DNA of 64,000 nucleotides from Cenococcum geophilum (Eukaryota). The translations under genes and the position numbers were made by a program. Below, one piece after another: positions 53,124-64,000 of the stretch. The notes under the pieces were generated by a model that saw only the letters and a list, made by a program, of their open reading frames with translations, was not told the origin of the DNA and made no database searches. Position 1 is the stretch's first letter, and the number at the start of each line of letters is the position of its first letter. The stretch lies in contig CP158635.1 in the NCBI GenBank assembly GCA_050273025.1, positions 24,800,001 through 24,864,000 on the forward strand, given 5' to 3'.

Positions 53124-53567
53124 ATGGCGTACATTCGCGAAATTCGTATTCGCGAGGCTGTGGTAAAAGATGTGCCGCGGATTGCTCTGGTGAAAATAGA
53201 AGCATTTCAACATTCCCTAGTATTCCAGATGGGGGAGGCCAGGATTCGGGAAATTTCCAAACAATATACTCGATTCGTTCAGCCTCGATACCATTAATAA
53301 ATTCGAAAATAATAAAACTAGAATCTTCGTATTGGACGACTTGTATAATCCTAAGGAAGTTAAGCAGATCTATAAGGCTGTTTGGGAAGAAGGCGTAGGC
53401 AATACAGCCATTGTTAGTGTCATTAGCATCATAGGGTTAGATTTTAGAGAACTATCTAATCAGGAGAAAAGTGGGTATTTACCTCCAGCCTAACAGAGTT
53501 CTACGGTAATGGAGAAACCTAGACAAGCTCCAATCCCTTAGGAAAGACTTATATAATAAAGGCCGAG
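53124..53567 (+). pseudogene. GNAT-like acetyltransferase gene, frameshifted and cut by Gypsy A copy 2
   Basis: IRIREAVVKDVPRIALV(E)IEAFQHS(P)VF, then a shift at GGGGGA into RPGFGKFP...IFVLDD...IV(G)VISI; resembles a fungal GNAT N-terminus. Confidence 0.55.
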
Positions 53568-56500
53568 TGTTACGGACGCTTTAAGTATAATGTTACGGCT
53601 ACTTGGAGAAGAGACGAAAGAAGCTAGTTGGTTAATTTAGGCACGGTCTAGGATGGAGCCGATAGAACCATGTGACGAGGAATAGTAACCGAGGTTACAT
53701 AATATGCTACGTATTAAACAAGAGGAATAAGAGGAACTTACGTACCTTATATACAAGACGTATATTATGTATAAGAAGGATTTTATAGGAGTACGGTTGT
53801 GTATTTAAGGACCCTTAGTCCCTACCTAGATAGTTCCTTCCTTATAGTGATTCTCAGAATACAATTAGAGTTAATCTATTAGGCAACTACTTCACCAGTT
53901 ATTATTACGTTGTTGACTTTTGTACTTACATTTCCTATATACCTAGCCCAATAACGAGCCCACCGTAGTTCTTACTACAAGGTTCCGTTACACAATTACT
54001 ACCTAGTTATAGTATTAATATAAGAAGTTAAACAACATACTACTAAAAGCAGCTACTACAATGCCATTAACGGCAGCAACTACTTTAGGGACAGGAGGTG
54101 ACACCAGTATGGCAGATACTAACTTATAGTAATCTATAACGGTCAGACAGCTACAGAAAATAGTTAACTAGCTAACAGCTAACAATATAGTATTAGAAGA
54201 AAGACTTAACGGGATAGGAGCAGTAAAGATTAAGCTACTATTAATTAAGAGATTCACCGGAGAGAGGTTAAAGCTTAAAGGATTCCTTACGTAGATATAC
54301 TTTAAGGTCTCATAGAAGGGAGCAAAGTTACCTATACCTGTGGATCGGATAGCCTACGCAGGATTATTCTTATCAGGAAAAGCACTTAAGTAGTTTAAAC
54401 CTTACTTTACGGAGATATAGGCAAACGGAATGACGACCACTAACCAAGACATACGATTTATATTCTTAAGTTAGGAAGGATTTATAGAACAACTTACGCA
54501 GATATTTAGAGACCCGGAAGAAACAACTACAGCGGAAAGAAAACTCTAGAATCTTATATAACGAACTTTAGCAATTAAGTATATAATACAGTTCTAAATA
54601 CTAGCAATATAAGTAGAGTGGAATAATAGGGCGCTTATAGCATAGTATAAATAGGGACTTAAGGCTAAAGTCTAGGACGTAATTATCTTAATAGAAGATG
54701 CGGATACCCTAAGGGAACTAATAAATCAGGCGATTAAGATTAATAATTAGATCTACTAAAGGGAATAGGCTAAGAGAGGCTAGGACAGAGTTCTATAGTT
54801 ATATAAGGCGCAGAGTACGCAACGACAAAAGCTAAGTTAGAAACTATAGTATAGCGCAGAGCTAATAGACCTAAGTGGTACTAAAGAAGCCTATAAGAGA
54901 TAGAGTAAACTATAGAAACTTAGAGGATAAAGATTAAGTAATTAAAGGTTTAAGGAGCAGAGGCTAAATCAGGGATCTTATTAGCAGAAGATATTTAGGC
55001 GGACTCTATAATAAGAGAAATGGTTTAAAGAAGGAGCTTATATAAATTATGGAAAATAGGGTTATTACGTTAGAGACTATAGAAGTGGGCAGAGTTACTA
55101 TATAGTAAAAGGTATAAGACTAGTAGACAATATATATGTATAAAGGGACAATAATATACTGCGAGGAATAAAAGAATATTCAATTAGAAGTTTTGCGTTT
55201 TGTTATAATAACGCATACCAAATTTATAAGGACGCTAAGTATGGCGTAAGCTATTAGCTATAAGAGCTAGCACCTATAGAATACAAAGGAACTAACGAAC
55301 CAGTTCGTAGATCGGATATTAAGGACGATAAATTTAATATAGGCGAAATATTCCGTAACAATAAGGTAATAAGGGCCGCTTACTAGGAGCAAGTAGACCT
55401 TAGAGATGTTATACTAAAGGCAAAGGATAATTCCACTATAGAATAGGGAATATTAGTAGGGATCGAAACCCTACTAAATATAATGTCTATCGCTTTATAA
55501 GACGTAAGAGAAGTAGAATAGCAAACCACTTCGGCACTCGATAAAGGCAAAAGGCTAAAGGCTTAAGATTTTTATAGCAAGATAAAAGATAACTAAGATT
55601 CTTAAAACGAGATAAGGCAAGCTTAAGGACCTATAACAGACAATAACCGATAGAGTAGAGCAATAGCTTAGTTCGGAAATATACGAATAAGCTTAGGATA
55701 GAAGTTCCCACAGGCACAAGATTCTTAAGACAAGATAAGTGAGATTTAAGACTCTTAAGATAAGATAAGAACACTAAGTAAGCCTAGTTAAACTAAGGCT
55801 AAAGCTAAGCTTAAGTTAGAAGCGAGCTCGGGACTAAAGAACCCAAGAGGTCAAGAATTCGGAGTATAAATTAGAACACCCACAAATAAAAAATAAGGAG
55901 CTTCTTTACAGATTAGAGAATCTGCGGCACAAATAGTAATTAGACTAGGAGACGAATATATAAACCTAGAGGATTTACTAGTTAAACAAAGTATTCGGAC
56001 TAAAGATTAAAAAGTTAATACTAGGATTAAGAAGCAAGACGACTTTAAGAATTAGAGCATAAGGCGTAAACCAAAAGAAACTATAGAAGAGTTTAGGTAA
56101 AGAATTATTGCATAGCAAGAACAGAAACTAGATAAGAGATCTAGCATATTAGGACGTATAAAGGATAGAGTACTAGTACAAAGAATTACTAATAGGCCGA
56201 GAGCAGGCATACTAAGGGCTAAGTGGCTTATTAAACTAGAACAAGAAGAGGATCTAGGGATTCCTACTAGGTTTAAGGAACGATATACTAAGGGCTATTA
56301 CAATATAGTAATAAGAAGATACTTCCTTATAGACAGACCGTATATACTCTAGTAGCTATACTAAAAGTAGTATAGGCAAAGGCACAATAATAAGTGGGAA
56401 GATTTCTATATATAGTTGGATAAAAAAGTTATCTAGGACCACCCGATTACAGAGAAGGCCATAATACATATTAAAGAAGCCTTAATTATAACGTTAAAGG

Positions 56501-57472
56501 ATCTAAAGGAATGTTTAAAGGACTAAAGAAGTAAGAGACGTATCTTAGTACCTGCGAATAAAGTTATAACGTTTAGATTAATATAATAAAGGTTTAAACT
56601 TAGGGATAAAGACAAGCTAAGAGTTAACCTAAAGCACCTAGCATACCATACGTTATTATAGATTACGTGCGTAGATAATATATATAAAATATATAAGAAT
56701 CCAAAAAAAAAGAATTGGAAATACCCTATAAGGATATACTAGATAACAAACGAGTAATAGTATAAGAATGCTAAATATATATATAAATGGCATCCAGCAG
56801 AGGTTTAAGAGGAAGGAAGTTTAGTACTTTAATTAGGAAGATTCCTTACGGAAGAATGCTTAGACGGACAATAGTAGTAGGAATGCCTAGAAAACATATA
56901 TCTATAGTATATAAAAGATAAAAAGCAAACTAGGTATTAGCTAAAGAGTAAGCTAAGTGCACTAGAATTAAGTAGCTAATAGTTAGGAAAAGTAGAGGCC
57001 TATAGGACTAGAGGGAGCCAGTAGTAAAGCCTTAGACCCTTAAAGGAATTTAAGGATAACACCTAAATTTATAAGTTAATTAGTAAGATTAGCAGTTTAA
57101 AGCGCTAATAGATAGTGGAGTAACGCGAAACCATATCTTACTAGTAGTAGTTAAGAGAATAGGACTACCTTATAGACAAAAGGAGAAATCTTACTTATTA
57201 GTTACGATTTTAGGAGATCCAATAACCTATAGAGGAGGGATTATTAATCTTAAAACAGGACCTATTTAAATAACTATTAAAGGGAAATAAATCGAGATAT
57301 CTTTTAATATCCTACCATTGGGACAGGACGAGGCAGTATTAGGCATGCCTTAGTTATAGAAATACAATCTAAGGATCAATTAAATTATAGGTTAGGTTAA
57401 TATTAGAGATACTTAACGCTATAAAATATAACAACAAGCTAAGTTAGTATAGTACTAAATAGGAGCAACCTA
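53568..57472 (+). mobile_element. Gypsy A copy 2: 5' LTR (53568-53992), gag and start of pol, cut by copy 3
   Basis: LTR matches 5818-6239; gag from ATG 54061, CCHC ~55030-55080, protease ALIDSG ~57100. Homology to copy 1 stops at 57472. Confidence 0.95.
54061..57024 (+). pseudogene. gag: Gypsy A extended gag (~990 codons)
   Basis: Retrotrans-gag-like N-terminus (F(T)GE..KLKGFLT(Q)), zinc knuckle, long extension, GGAAAA shift site ~56985. Frame continuity not checked codon by codon. Confidence 0.75.
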
Positions 57473-60400
57473 TATAACGGAACCTTATAGCAAGAACTAC
57501 AATAGGCTCGTTATTAGGCTAGGTATATAGGAAATACAAGTATAAAAGTCAACAACGTAATAATAACTAGTGGAGTAGTTGCCTAATAGATTAACTCCAA
57601 TTATATTCTAAGAATTACTACAAGGAAGGAACTATCTAGGTAGGGATTAAGGATCCTTAAATACACAACCGTACTCCTATAAAATCCTTCTTATACGTAA
57701 TATACGTCTTATCTATATTAAACGTAGCGTCCCTTACGTTTAACGCAGTCAACACGTTTAACCATTATGTAACTCGCTTACCATTCTTTATTATATAGTT
57801 CTACGGGTTCCATCCTAGACTATACCTAAATTAACTAACTAGCTTCTTCCAACTCTTCTCTAAGTAGTTATAACATTATACTTAAAGCGTCCGTAACACC
57901 ATCTCCCTCCTTTTTATCTTCGTCCTTAAAGATACCTAGCATCTCTAAGTTATTTACTAGAGGTATAATGTCTATCTAATCAATTTAGTTAATATTATTA
58001 CTTATTATACCTAAAGCAATTTCTTCTCTGTCTTAGGTTGAGCGTCGCCTCTATACTATCTCCTTAATACTATTACTGGGTGAAGTAATAGCGATTCCTT
58101 GCTCTTATTATGCGAAAGAGGGGTTAAGTTACATTACAATTGCAAGTCCTTTTAGTCGCCAACCCTCTTCTTATTCTAAATACACTCGCACCAATATACG
58201 TTTATCCTATGACGTTTATTCTACGTCTAATGCTAAATATACATAACCTATTACTCTTAATAGTCGTCTAGTTCCCTAATTAATTTGTCTTAGGGTCTTA
58301 TATTTAATCTACTGCTATAAAGCTTAATAGTAAGCTAGCCTCTGCGCTACTTAAGGTTTAATATGCCTTAGAAGAGTCTACACGTATCCTTAAAGCTTAA
58401 CATTTAGCTTATGCTTATCTTTAGTATCTAGAACGTGTTTATAAAAAAGTTCGTTTAAAGAAGTAGAAGCTTATTTAATAAGGTCTTTAGGAACTAGGTA
58501 ATAAAAGAACAAATTCTCTTCTAATAGAGAAGGAAATAGATCCAAGTAGTTTAGCAACTACTCTTCTTAGGTCCCCCTTAAATAACTCATTCTTTAGTAA
58601 TCTTTCTTTATTAATGCTGCCTAACCTAATCTCTTCTAATACTCCTATACCTTTCCTATAGCGTTCTTTAGGTTCTTTAGTAGCTCCTAGGTAGTCTTAG
58701 TATAGCCTATCTATTTAACCTCGTACTATATTTTATTATTAATGTTCTTATAATTAACGATCCTTAAAACTTGCTATTTATCTTCTTCCTATCCTCTATA
58801 TATGTCTGCTTTATAGACTAATGGCTTAATATTCCTATATACTGGCTTTAGCATTGCAATATGCTATATAGGGTAGATCTTTATTTTAGCTAGTAGGTTT
58901 AACTTAAATATAACCAGTGAAATCCTCTGTATAATTTTAAAAGGTCCTAGTCTAACATAGTCTAATTTCTTACTTAGTTATTAACTCTTAAAATTTTTAT
59001 ATAGTAGCTATACTTTATCTCCCTCCTTAAGATCTAGTCCCTTAGATCTCTTAGTATTATAGTACCTTTTTATTCTTTCTTATACTTTCTTTACTAATTC
59101 TATAAGGTCTGCATAAAGATTCATTAAATCCTTTATTCTCTCTTTAGCTATACTACTTATTTTCTTTACTTATTATAGTAATAACAATATTTTTAGCTTA
59201 TATCCGTAATTTGCCTTAAATAGTAATATGCCTATTCCTTCTTAAGGTATTATATTATATATAAATTATATAACTAGTAATAATAATACCTAATTATTCT
59301 ATATATAATTGATATAATACCTTAAATACTATTCTAGCGTCTAATTTAATCTTTTTATTTAGCTATCTGTCTATAAATAATATGCGGTAGAAGTTACTGC
59401 TCGAACTTCTTACTCCGCTAAGAATACTTCCTAAAATGCTGCTATAAATCTTAAATCTCTATCCAATATAATCTTACTTAGTACTCTATATCTTGCGAAT
59501 ACTTTTTTTATATAGATTCTAGTGATATCTTCCGCTAAGATTTCTTCTATATATGCTATAAAGTATCCCCACTTTATAAGCTTATCCACTATTACTAAGA
59601 TCGCGTTATAATCTTATCCGGTAATAGAATCTTTTAATTTTAGTAACTTAATAATAAAGTTCTATAATATAACCTCCCATAGTCTCTCTAGTATTTCGAT
59701 AAGTTATAGCCCTCTATATAGCTTATGCCTTATTAGTTTATTCCTTTAGCAATCTAAATACTCTTTTATAATCTTTTTAGCTATCCTCTAGATTCTATTA
59801 ATAATATACTCCTCCTAGAGTCTTAACACTAAGCTTATAGCTCCATTATGTCCTTAAGTTAGTCCCTTATAAAAGTCTTCTATAAACTATTCTACTATGC
59901 CTCTTAGGATATACTTTACTTCCCAATTTTTATATATATCCGCCTATAGATCTTTTAGCTATACCTCTAGAATTCTTTATACCTAAAAGCTTTCTAGTGT
60001 CTTATAGACTTTCTTTAGTTCATTATTTTCCTAAGTTGCTGCGATTTTTAGATAATTATACCTAATTAATCCGTCTATATCTTTTTGCAATAAAGCCCCT
60101 AATAGCTTTTCCTTATTTTATAGTTTAGCTTTACGGCTTAGAGCATCTACCCGTATATTATCTATACCTTTAGTATACTAAATCTTAAAATAGTATTCCG
60201 TAAGCATCTCTACCTATCTAACCTATCTTTAGTTAAGTTCCTTTATTATTAGGAATCCTATTAGGTTCTTATAATCCGTCTTAATTATAAATAGTTTTTC
60301 TATACCTTATAAGAATACTCTCTATTCCTTTAATGCTGCAATTATACCTAATAACTCCTTATTATAGATATCATAGTTTAACTCTAGTAGTGTTATCTTC

Positions 60401-63400
60401 CGACTATAGTATACCACTAGGTACTATCTATCTTAATACCTTTATATAAAGTACGCCCCTAGTATATAGTCTAATACATCTATCTTTACAACCGTCTCTA
60501 GTTCTAGTTAATAGATCTTAAGAACTAGCTCCTAGGTAAATAACTCTTTAACTTTCTTAAAGAGTTCCTTTTGCTCCTCTCCCTATACCTATAGTTCTTC
60601 TTTCTTTATTAACCGCGTAAATAGCTTAATATTCTTTAACTACTGCGCTATAAACCTTCTACAGTAATTATAAAACCCTAAAAACAATCTTAACTATATA
60701 ACGTTCTCTAGTTCCTACCAATTTACTATAGCCTTAATCTTTTTTAGATCTATACTAAGTTAGCTTAGTTTAATAATAAATTTAATAAAATTAGTCTTTT
60801 TAGTAAAGAACTTATATTTCTTAATTGCTACTAGCATCTGTTCCTCTTATAGTCTCTTTAAAACCCATTTAACATATTCCCCGTGTTCTTCCTTAGTTAT
60901 TAAGTAGATAATAATATTATTAAGATATACTATAACAAATTCATCTAAGTATTCTTCTAATATATTGTTAATACGCTTCTAGAATATTACTAATGCGTTT
61001 ATAAGCCTAAATTGCATAACTAATAGTTTATATAGTCCTTCCTTTAACCTAAAGGCTACCTTCTATTTATTGCCTTCCTTAATCCTAATCTAATAGTACG
61101 CCCATCTTAGATCTATCTTTGTAAAGATTTGCGCATTACCTATCCTATTTTAGATTTCGCTAATTAAGGGTAAAGGATACCTATCCTTTCTAGTAATGCT
61201 GTTTAACTGCCTATAGTTAATACATAGCCTTAGTTTGCCATTTTTCTTTAGTATAAATAGTACTAGATAACCTACTAATAACTGCAATGGTCTAATATAT
61301 CCCTTTCATAGATTCTCCTAGATAAACTCTTTTAATGCTTTACCTTCTTCTTTAGTAAGCTTATAGATTGGAAAGAACCTTAGACTTATTCCTGGTTCTA
61401 ATTCTATCTTATAATCCCATACTGCATATTCTAACAGCTTTTTACTTTCCGGTAACTATAGTTTTTTGCCGTACTTATAGTATCTCTTTAGTACGTAACT
61501 TAGTCCTTTTTCTGTTTCTTTATAGGTTGCTCCTACTTAGTACCATACTATCTTAGTTTATTATTACATCTTATGGCGTTAAGTATCTTTTATATTGACC
61601 TAACCTATAACCCAATTAATCCTTAAATTGTATTTCTGTAATTAAGGCATACCTAGTACTACCTCGTCCCGTCCTAATAGTAGGATATTAAAAGACATCT
61701 TAATTTGTCTTCCTTTAATAGTTATCTAAATAGGTCCTATTTTAAGATTAATAATCCCTCCTCTATAGGTTATTAGATCTCCTAAAATTATAACTAATAA
61801 GTAAGGTTGCTCTTTTTATCTATAAGGTAGTCCTATTCTCTTAACTGCTACTAATAAAATATGGTTTCGCGTTACTCTACTATCTATTAGCGCTTTAAAC
61901 TGCTAATCTTGCTACTTAATCTATAAATTTAGGTATTATCCTTAAATTCCTTTAAGGGTCTAAGGCTCTATTATTAGCTCCCTCTAGTCCTATAGGCCTC
62001 TACTTTTCCTAACTATTAGCTACTTAATCCTAGTGCACTTAGCTTACTCTTTAGCCAATACCTAGTTTACTTTTTATCTTTAATATGCTATAGATATATA
62101 TTTTCTAGGTATTCTTACCACTATTATCTATCTAAGCATTCTTCTATAAGGAATCTTCCTAGTTAAAGTACTAAACTTCCTTCCTCTTAAACCTCTACTG
62201 GATACTATCTATATATATATTTGGCATTCCTATACTATTACTTATCCGTTATCTAGTATATCCTTATAAGGTATTTCCAATTCTTTTCCTTCGGATTCTT
62301 ATACATTTTACACACGTTATTTATATATGCAATTTATAATAACGTATAGTGTGCTAGGTGCTTTAGGTTAACTCTTAGCTTATCTTTATCCCTAAGTTTA
62401 AACCTATATTATGCTAATCTAAATATTGCAACTTTATTTGCAGGTACTAAGATACGCCTCTCGCTTCTCTAGTTCTCTAAACATTCCTTTAAATCTTTTA
62501 ATATTATAATTAAGGCTCCTTTAATATACGTTATGGCCTTTTCTATAATTAGGTGGTCTTAGATAACTTTTTTATCTAACTATATATAGAAATCTTCCCA
62601 CTTATTATTATGCCTCTGCCTATACTACTTTTGGTACAACTGCTAGAGTATATACAGCTTGTCCATAAGGAAGTATCTTCTTATTACTATATCGTAATAG
62701 CCCTTTATATATCATTCCTTAAACCTAGTTAGAATCCCTAGATCCTCTTTATTTTCCAATTTAGTAAGCCACTTAACTCTTAGTATGCCTACTCTTAACC
62801 TATTAGTGATTCTTTATACTAGTGCTTTGTCCTTTATATATCCCAATGCGCTAGATCTCCTATCTAGTTTCTGTTCTTACTATGCGATAATTCTTTACCT
62901 AAACTCTTCTATAGTTTCTTTTAGTTTGCGCCTTGCGCTCTAATCCTTAAAGTCGTCTTACTTCTTAATCCTAGTATTAAACTTTTAATCTTTAGGCTAA
63001 ACACTATATTCCCCTAGTAAGTCTTCTAGGTCTATATGTCTATCTTTTAGTCTAACTACTATTTGTATTGCGGATTCTCTAATCTATAAAGAAGCCCCTT
63101 ACCTCTTACCTATAGGTGTCCTTATTTATACTCCAAAATCTTAATCCCTTAAATTCTTTAATCCTAAGCTTGCTTCTAACTTAAGCTTAGCTCCCGCCTT
63201 AGTCTAACTAGGCGTCTATAGTGTTCTTATCTTATTTTAAAAGTCTTAAATCTTACTTATCTCGTCTTAAGAATCTTATGCTGTGGGAAACTCTTATCCC
63301 GAGCTTATTCGTATGTTTCTAAACTAAGCTGCTGCCCTACTCTATCGGTTTTCGTCCATTATAGGTCCTTAAGTATGCCTTATCTCGTCTTAAGAATCTT

Positions 63401-64000
63401 AGTCGTCTCTTATCTCGTCTTAAGAATCTTAAGTCTTTAGCCTTTTGCCTTTATTAAGTGCTAAAGTAGTTTACTGTTCTACTTCTCTTACATCTCGCGA
63501 AGCGATAGACATTATATCTAGTGGGGTTTCGATCCCTACTAATGTTCCCTATTCTGTAGTGGAATTATCCTTTACCTTTAGTATAACATCTTTAAGGTCT
63601 GCTCGCTTCTAGTAAGCGGCCCTTATTACCTTATTGTTATAGAATATTTCGCCTACATTAAATTTATTATCCTTAATATCCGATCTACGAACTAGTTTAT
63701 TAGTTCCTCTATATCCTATAGGTGCTGGCTCCTATAGCTAATAGCTTGCGCCGTACTTAGCGTCCTTATAAATTTGGTATACGTTATTATAATAAAACGC
63801 AAAACTTTTAATTAAACATTCTTTTGTTCCTCGCAGTATATTGTCGTCCCTCTATATATATATATCGTCTACTAGTCTTATGCCCTTTACTATATAGTAA
63901 CTCTACCCACTTCTATAGTCTCTAACGTAATAACCCTATTTTCCGTAATTTATATAAGCTCCCTCTTTAAACCATTTTTCTTGCTATAAAGTCCGCCTAA
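57473..64000 (-). mobile_element. Gypsy A copy 3, inverted and nested in copy 2 (runs off window)
   Basis: 3' LTR 57473-57898, PPT complement from 57899, full pol and most of gag as the reverse complement of copies 1 and 2. Confidence 0.95.
58007..58694 (+). pseudogene. Antisense spliced gene of Gypsy A (allele 2): Zn2Cys6-like cluster plus coiled coil
   Basis: Exon 1 58007-58238 reads (M)PKAISS...PCSY(C)AKEGLS(C)I(A)IASP(S)SRQPSS(C)S(EC)TRTN.R.S(C)DV. Intron 58239-58293; exon 2 overlaps the chromodomain end of pol on the opposite strand. Confidence 0.7.

Noticed and set aside
1..64000. Starship captain (DUF3435), Helitron Rep/helicase, rRNA/tRNA genes, telomeric arrays
   Set aside because: No recognisable motifs by eye; TTAGGG occurs only singly. 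Heavily RIPed remnants could be missed.
1..64000. Stop-codon reassignment suggested by frequent in-frame TAA/TAG
   Set aside because: Stops differ between copies and map to CAA/CAG/TGG/CGA codons, as expected for RIP.

Overview
Filamentous-ascomycete heterochromatin-type block, saturated with RIP-type mutation (CpA/TpG depleted, TpA enriched, Gln/Trp codons turned into TAA/TAG), so no long intact ORF survives. Translations below are read through RIP changes; restored residues are in brackets. About three quarters of the window is transposons. These are three copies of one Ty3/Gypsy chromovirus (family A; copy 3 is inserted inverted inside copy 2), one complete second chromovirus (family B, 25290-31269), a Copia nested in another Copia (41107-52945), two Tc1 elements, one Fot1/pogo element, several pogo-type MITEs and a piggyBac remnant. 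Between them lie RIP-ruined, mostly intron-containing non-TE genes: a chromodomain gene, an FHA-kinase with tandem KilA-N/APSES-like domains, a DUF7924-like gene in frame with a BCS1 half, a GNAT-like gene and several unknowns. These look like accessory or giant-element cargo, but no captain recombinase is visible. The most striking feature is a spliced antisense gene in the 3' region of Gypsy family A, encoding a Zn2Cys6-like cluster plus a coiled coil. It occurs as two strongly diverged protein alleles while its intron and the flanking pol/LTR differ almost only by RIP transitions. Also notable is a tandem pair of 73-nt hairpins with flipped loops (38616-38845).
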